Virus record (IMG/VR): IMGVR_UViG_2643221492_000001
Location: 71,564 to 97,596 of that record
DNA: 26,033 bases
Source of the DNA: a virus
Strand: one strand, 5' to 3'
The position numbers and the translations under genes were made by a program. Below, one piece after another: positions 22,350 through 26,033 of this stretch. Under the pieces are notes generated by a model, which was given only the letters and a program-made list of their open reading frames with translations, made no database searches and had not been told where the DNA came from. Position 1 is the first letter of the stretch; every line of letters begins with the position of its first letter.

Positions 22350-23368
22350 AGGCCACGCTCGAAATGCTGTGCGGTTTCACGGCGCCTCGGTCGCCGGCCG
22401 TCATCATGTCGTCGGTACGGATCACCCGTGATTGGGCCTATGCGACCGATGGCCCGAGTTCTATGCGCGTGCGCTGGGAAGGGCCTGACTGCGATATCGC
22501 GATCACCGCGCCGCAACTCCAGGCCGCGCTCGCGGGGATCGTCGACGACCAAGCCATAAAGCTCGTGTCCGGCGACGGCTTTGCCACGCTGCACGCCGGA
22601 CGGCGCAAGCTCAAGCTCCGCACCGTGCCAATCGACGGTATGCCCGAGATCGAGGTCAAGGGCGAACTGGTGTTCAAGGAGGCAGGCCCCCTGGCGGACG
22701 CCCTGCAATACGCCCTCGTCACAGCATCGAAGAAGAACCTGGTGCGCCCGGAATACTGCGCGGTTCTGATCGACCAGACTGAGGAAGGAACGCACGTCGT
22801 CGGCCTTGATGGGTTCCGAGCCAACCTCGTGAAGGTCGACTCTGAGCCAGGGAAGTACCGGTCGCTCGTTCCTCGCGCGCTGGCAGACCGCCTTGTGAAG
22901 CTGGCGAAGCTCGGCGGCCAGATCGCGCTCACGGATGACCGGGTGGTGTTCCGCAAGGGCGACTCCGAGTTCATCGGTGTGCTGCAGCACGCTGGCAAGT
23001 TCCCGCCCTGGCAGCGGGTGATGCGCCCCGACGAGTCGAAGATGTTCAAGCTCGAAGGCTCGCAAGCGCCCATCCTCGCTGCGGCTCAGGACGCACAGCG
23101 CTTCGGCATCGACACGCTGATTCTTAGCCTGTCCAAGGCTGGGCTCAAGATCACCGGCTCTGCGAAGGGCGATGAGATCGAGCACGACATCGAGATCGAT
23201 TACAGCGGTCCCGAGATCGAGTACGGGATTCACCCCGTCTACCTGGCTGACGCCATCACCTCCATGGGCGGTTGGCCGTCGATCTCCATCGCGCCACCAG
23301 CATCAGGTCTTCCCATGCTCATGAAGCTCGACGGCCGGACCGGCATCGTTCAAGGCAAGAGGGTCTGA
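22346..23368 (+). CDS. Divergent DNA polymerase III beta sliding-clamp homologue
   Basis: 340 aa; ATDG, RPEYCAVL, VGLDGFR, LVPR, GKFPPWQRVM, G.HPVYLADAI correspond to the three clamp domains. Confidence 0.8.
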   Translation: MKATLEMLCGFTAPRSPAVIMSSVRITRDWAYATDGPSSMRVRWEGPDCDIAITAPQLQAALAGIVDDQAIKLVSGDGFATLHAGRRKLKLRTVPIDGMPEIEVKGELVFKEAGPLADALQYALVTASKKNLVRPEYCAVLIDQTEEGTHVVGLDGFRANLVKVDSEPGKYRSLVPRALADRLVKLAKLGGQIALTDDRVVFRKGDSEFIGVLQHAGKFPPWQRVMRPDESKMFKLEGSQAPILAAAQDAQRFGIDTLILSLSKAGLKITGSAKGDEIEHDIEIDYSGPEIEYGIHPVYLADAITSMGGWPSISIAPPASGLPMLMKLDGRTGIVQGKRV

Positions 23369-23370
23369 CC

Positions 23371-23706
23371 ATGCTGGCGAAGCTGATCCACAAGAGCCGC
23401 CAGGATGCACACAGCCAGGGTCTTCAGCAAATGATCCTGGTCGAGCGCCACCTCTGCGAGCGCGAGATCGCCGAGACGGCGGCCCGCAATGTGAACGACC
23501 TCCTGCGCTACCTGGTGCCAGGCGTGCTGGAGGCCTACAACCTGCGCGCGGTCGAGACCTCCAAGACCATGGTCGCCTGGGAAGCCGACGACTGTGAGAC
23601 CCCATTCTTTCCCGATGGCCCGGCCTCCATCAAGTTCGCGACGAACTTCGAGGGCCGCGTCGTCCGCATCACCGCCCCTATCTATTTCAAGGAAACGCAG
23701 CAATGA
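23371..23706 (+). CDS. Phage hypothetical protein (111 aa)
   Basis: GAGG SD; ATG 2 nt after the clamp stop; ATGA overlap downstream. Confidence 0.75.
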   Translation: MLAKLIHKSRQDAHSQGLQQMILVERHLCEREIAETAARNVNDLLRYLVPGVLEAYNLRAVETSKTMVAWEADDCETPFFPDGPASIKFATNFEGRVVRITAPIYFKETQQ

Positions 23707-23939
23707 AGAACATGAAGCGCCACGCTGGTCGCCCTCGCACCGTCACCGATCCGAAGCTCCCGAAGGGAATCCGTGCCGTCGACGGCAAGCTCTACTGGCG
23801 CGGAACCGACGAGGCCACCCGAGCCATCGAAGATCGGCTTCGAGACGCCGGTATAAGCCGACGTTGCGGCAGCACCCCGACAGAGGCCCGGCGCTGGTAT
23901 CGCGAGAACGTCGCGCCGCACCTGGACGCCCAGGCATGA
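23703..23939 (+). CDS. Stand-alone paralogue of the integrase N-terminal domain (78 aa)
   Basis: AAGGA SD; ATGA coupling at both ends; 28/44 identical residues, ungapped, to integrase YWRGTD...NVSPAL. Confidence 0.85.
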   Translation: MKNMKRHAGRPRTVTDPKLPKGIRAVDGKLYWRGTDEATRAIEDRLRDAGISRRCGSTPTEARRWYRENVAPHLDAQA

Positions 23940-24160
23940 AGTGCTCCGCATGCGAGAGCACCGACCAACAGGTGCTCTCTACTCGCCAATCCGCGGCGAA
24001 GGTGACGCGCCTGCGCCGCTGCTGCGCCTGCGGCCACAAATGGACGACCGTCGAAATGGCGGCCGACAACCTGACGCTTTTGGAAAAGGCCGCCAAGGCT
24101 TTGAAGCAGTTCGCCACGCTGGCAAAGGAGATCGAGGATGCCGCGCCCTCGCACGGTTAA
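23936..24160 (+). CDS. Zn-ribbon protein (NrdR N-terminal / Ogr-Delta-like, 74 aa)
   Basis: MKCxxC.....V.STR......R.RRCxxCGH.WTT.E. Confidence 0.85.
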   Translation: MKCSACESTDQQVLSTRQSAAKVTRLRRCCACGHKWTTVEMAADNLTLLEKAAKALKQFATLAKEIEDAAPSHG

Positions 24161-25274
24161 TAGAAAGATTCCAGACCTCCCTCGCGGAATGCGGAAGGTT
24201 CGCGAGAACGCCTGGTACTGGCGCGGCACCGATGTCTCGACGCGGGAGATCGAGAAGCGGCTGCGCGAGATGGGCGTCTCAATGCGCGCCGGCAAGACGC
24301 CTGTCGAAGCCCGGCGCTGGTGGGAGAAGAACGTCTCCCCCGCCCTGCTGGCTCTCGTGCCCACCGACGAGATCGTGGGGACGCTGGAGGAGATCATCCG
24401 GCAGTACGAGGCCGACGAGCTGCCCGGCTTCAAGCGCGAACTGACCAGGAAAGAGTACGAGGGCCGAATCCGCCGCATCCGTGCGGCCTTCAGCAAGATG
24501 CGATACGCGAAAACAGAGGCCGAGGCGATGATGCCCGGCTATCTCCGCGACATCACCATCACCCAGCACCTGCATGCGAACCGGAACAGGCCAGCATCTG
24601 CCAACAAGGACATCCAGGCCCTGTCGCGCATGTTCAGGCTGGCCCGGATACGCTGGGGCTTGACGACCTACAACCCCTGCGAGCAGATTGAGTACCTGCC
24701 CGAGTCCCCGCGCGACGAGTACGTCAGCGATACCCGGTACAGCACGATCTACGGCGCAGCCGGCCCAGTTCTGCAGTGCATGATGGAAATCGCCACCCAA
24801 ACCGGTGCGCGCGAGGGCATGATTTTCGACATCCGCCTGGGCGACTTCAGTGACCAGCACATCGATTTGCGCGTCACCAAGAAGAAGAACGACCGCGGCT
24901 ACGACACCAAGACCTACGTCATGACGGCGGACTTGAAGGCTGCCATCGACCGTGCCTTGGTGCTTCGTAAAAAGAATCGCGGAGGAGCCGCCAGCCTCCC
25001 GAGCGACTACCTGTTTATCACGAGGAACGGCACCCCCTACGACAAGGAATCGTTCAAGAGCCTCTGGCGCACGGTTCGGACGAAGCTGAAGCTGAAAGCC
25101 CGCGAGGTCACGTTCCACGACATGCGAGCGAAAGCGGCCTCGGATTCAGCCTCCGATGCTGCCGCCCAGGAACTGTTGCACCACGACGACGTGAAGGTCA
25201 CGAAGAAGGTCTATCGGCGCAAGATTCCGACATCGACACCGCTGCCCTCTGCAATCGGCCGTCGAAGCAGTTGA
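24138..25274 (+). CDS. int: Tyrosine recombinase / phage integrase
   Basis: TGAR (R), FHDMR (HxxR), LLHH (H/W position), T.KVY (catalytic Y); central ANKDI.ALSRMF...WG...NPC. Confidence 0.95.
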   Translation: MPRPRTVNRKIPDLPRGMRKVRENAWYWRGTDVSTREIEKRLREMGVSMRAGKTPVEARRWWEKNVSPALLALVPTDEIVGTLEEIIRQYEADELPGFKRELTRKEYEGRIRRIRAAFSKMRYAKTEAEAMMPGYLRDITITQHLHANRNRPASANKDIQALSRMFRLARIRWGLTTYNPCEQIEYLPESPRDEYVSDTRYSTIYGAAGPVLQCMMEIATQTGAREGMIFDIRLGDFSDQHIDLRVTKKKNDRGYDTKTYVMTADLKAAIDRALVLRKKNRGGAASLPSDYLFITRNGTPYDKESFKSLWRTVRTKLKLKAREVTFHDMRAKAASDSASDAAAQELLHHDDVKVTKKVYRRKIPTSTPLPSAIGRRSS

Positions 25275-25283
25275 ACGTTAGGT

Positions 25284-26033
25284 CTAGGTCTTCGGCTCAG
25301 TCGAGTCAAAGACCCTTGACAAAGCACCACGAGGTTCAGGGAGCACTGGCTCATCAGTGAACAGCCGGGCCAGGGCACCTTGTTGCGGCGGAATTCCACG
25401 GAGCGCCGCGACAAGATTTGCGGATCGGGCTCGATCCATCATCGTCGTCCAGGCGCTCTTGACTCTCGATCCGTCTGTCAGAAAGAAGTTGTTGTCTCCC
25501 GAAGCCGCACGCATGGCACTCACTGATTCTTCCAGCGAAGCCCCGCTGAAAAGCCGATGGTAGAAGGCGATGAATGCCACAGCGGAGTCTGACCAATTCG
25601 CATCGGCGGCATTACCGATCAGGGCTCCGTAGGGGCGAGCGGGGTCTTCGTTGAGTGCCATGTTCATCGCCCAATGACCATGACAGGACGACATGCAGAC
25701 AACCAACTCCCCCTCCAATCGTTCAATCAAGGGCTGAAGAGCGGTTCGGAGATCGCCCCAGGTAAGAAACTTGCCGTTGGTGAGCGCAACGCCCTCCTTG
25801 TTTCCATGCATGCTGAAATGGAGGATCGGCAGTCTCCCTTCCGATTTGGCGGATGCTTCCGCCAGCCTCTCCCCAAGACTTACCTCAAAGGAGTTCGGGG
25901 TAGTAACCAAGCTGTAGAAGTGCGGAATCTCGGCGAGCTTCAGCGCTGAGCAGAGCGCCTGCCCCTCACTCCTGCCGTCAAGCAAATCCGTATCGCGGGG
26001 CGACTCAATCACGTAGACAAACCAGCCAGCCAT
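25284..26033 (-). CDS. Caspase/CHAT-fold cysteine protease-like protein
   Basis: ILHFSMHG (catalytic His-Gly) and VVCMSSCHG (catalytic Cys) at caspase-like spacing; ATG is at the window edge so the start may extend. Confidence 0.7.
   Translation of the reverse strand: MAGWFVYVIESPRDTDLLDGRSEGQALCSALKLAEIPHFYSLVTTPNSFEVSLGERLAEASAKSEGRLPILHFSMHGNKEGVALTNGKFLTWGDLRTALQPLIERLEGELVVCMSSCHGHWAMNMALNEDPARPYGALIGNAADANWSDSAVAFIAFYHRLFSGASLEESVSAMRAASGDNNFFLTDGSRVKSAWTTMMDRARSANLVAALRGIPPQQGALARLFTDEPVLPEPRGALSRVFDSTEPKT

Larger units (their letters stand above)
1..26033. mobile_element. Temperate phage / prophage segment (TerS to integrase); boundaries not visible
   Basis: Integrase, CI/Cro genes, replication initiator and loader, RecT, SSB, RusA, HNH, TerS and many translationally coupled small ORFs. 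Confidence 0.95.

Noticed and set aside
18063-25118. Long antisense ORFs (18063-19178, 19052-20125, 22229-23233, 24279-25118)
   Set aside because: Mirror frames of well-supported genes in high-GC DNA; no motifs, unlike the nested gene at 7814-7981.
25275-25283. Attachment site downstream of int
   Set aside because: Gap is 9 bp, no tRNA end, and the partner repeat cannot be seen in this window.
1-26033. CRISPR array, tRNA or rRNA genes
   Set aside because: No regularly spaced repeat-spacer array and no cloverleaf/T-loop pattern seen; the 13-bp boxes are irregularly spaced.

Overview
The whole window is the early/middle half of a temperate phage (prophage). The SSB sequence, high GC and an E. 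coli-type LexA box point to a betaproteobacterial host, probably Comamonadaceae-like (inference). Left to right: (1) a leftward block headed by a terminase small subunit with a duplicated HTH, followed by a Gp49/Gp66-DUF2829 (Tad2-like) fusion; (2) a ~6.2 kb rightward operon of small accessory genes (DUF932, DUF3268) behind a consensus sigma70 promoter, with a long structured leader and a repeated two-hairpin element; (3) a LexA-box gene and a membrane moron; (4) a leftward replication/nin block (initiator with internal iterons, P-like loader, RusA, HNH, DUF1367, Ref); (5) a double immunity region with two Cro-like genes, one apparently non-cleavable CI-like repressor and one intact S24 CI; (6) a rightward recombination/replication operon (RecT, exonuclease, SSB, KTSC, beta clamp) interrupted by a HEPN-motif moron; (7) a tyrosine integrase and a caspase/CHAT-like protease. 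The most notable observations are a 13-bp box (CTACCRAWNNNAG) seen about 18 times in promoter spacers, ribosome-binding sites and genes, almost always oriented with transcription and tied to the non-cleavable repressor; a stand-alone copy of the integrase N-terminal domain where an excisionase would be expected; a covarying two-hairpin RNA leader in four copies; a probable double nucleotide-sponge anti-defence fusion; and a Zn-ribbon gene nested antisense inside another ORF. All family assignments are from motif recognition by eye; no searches were run.
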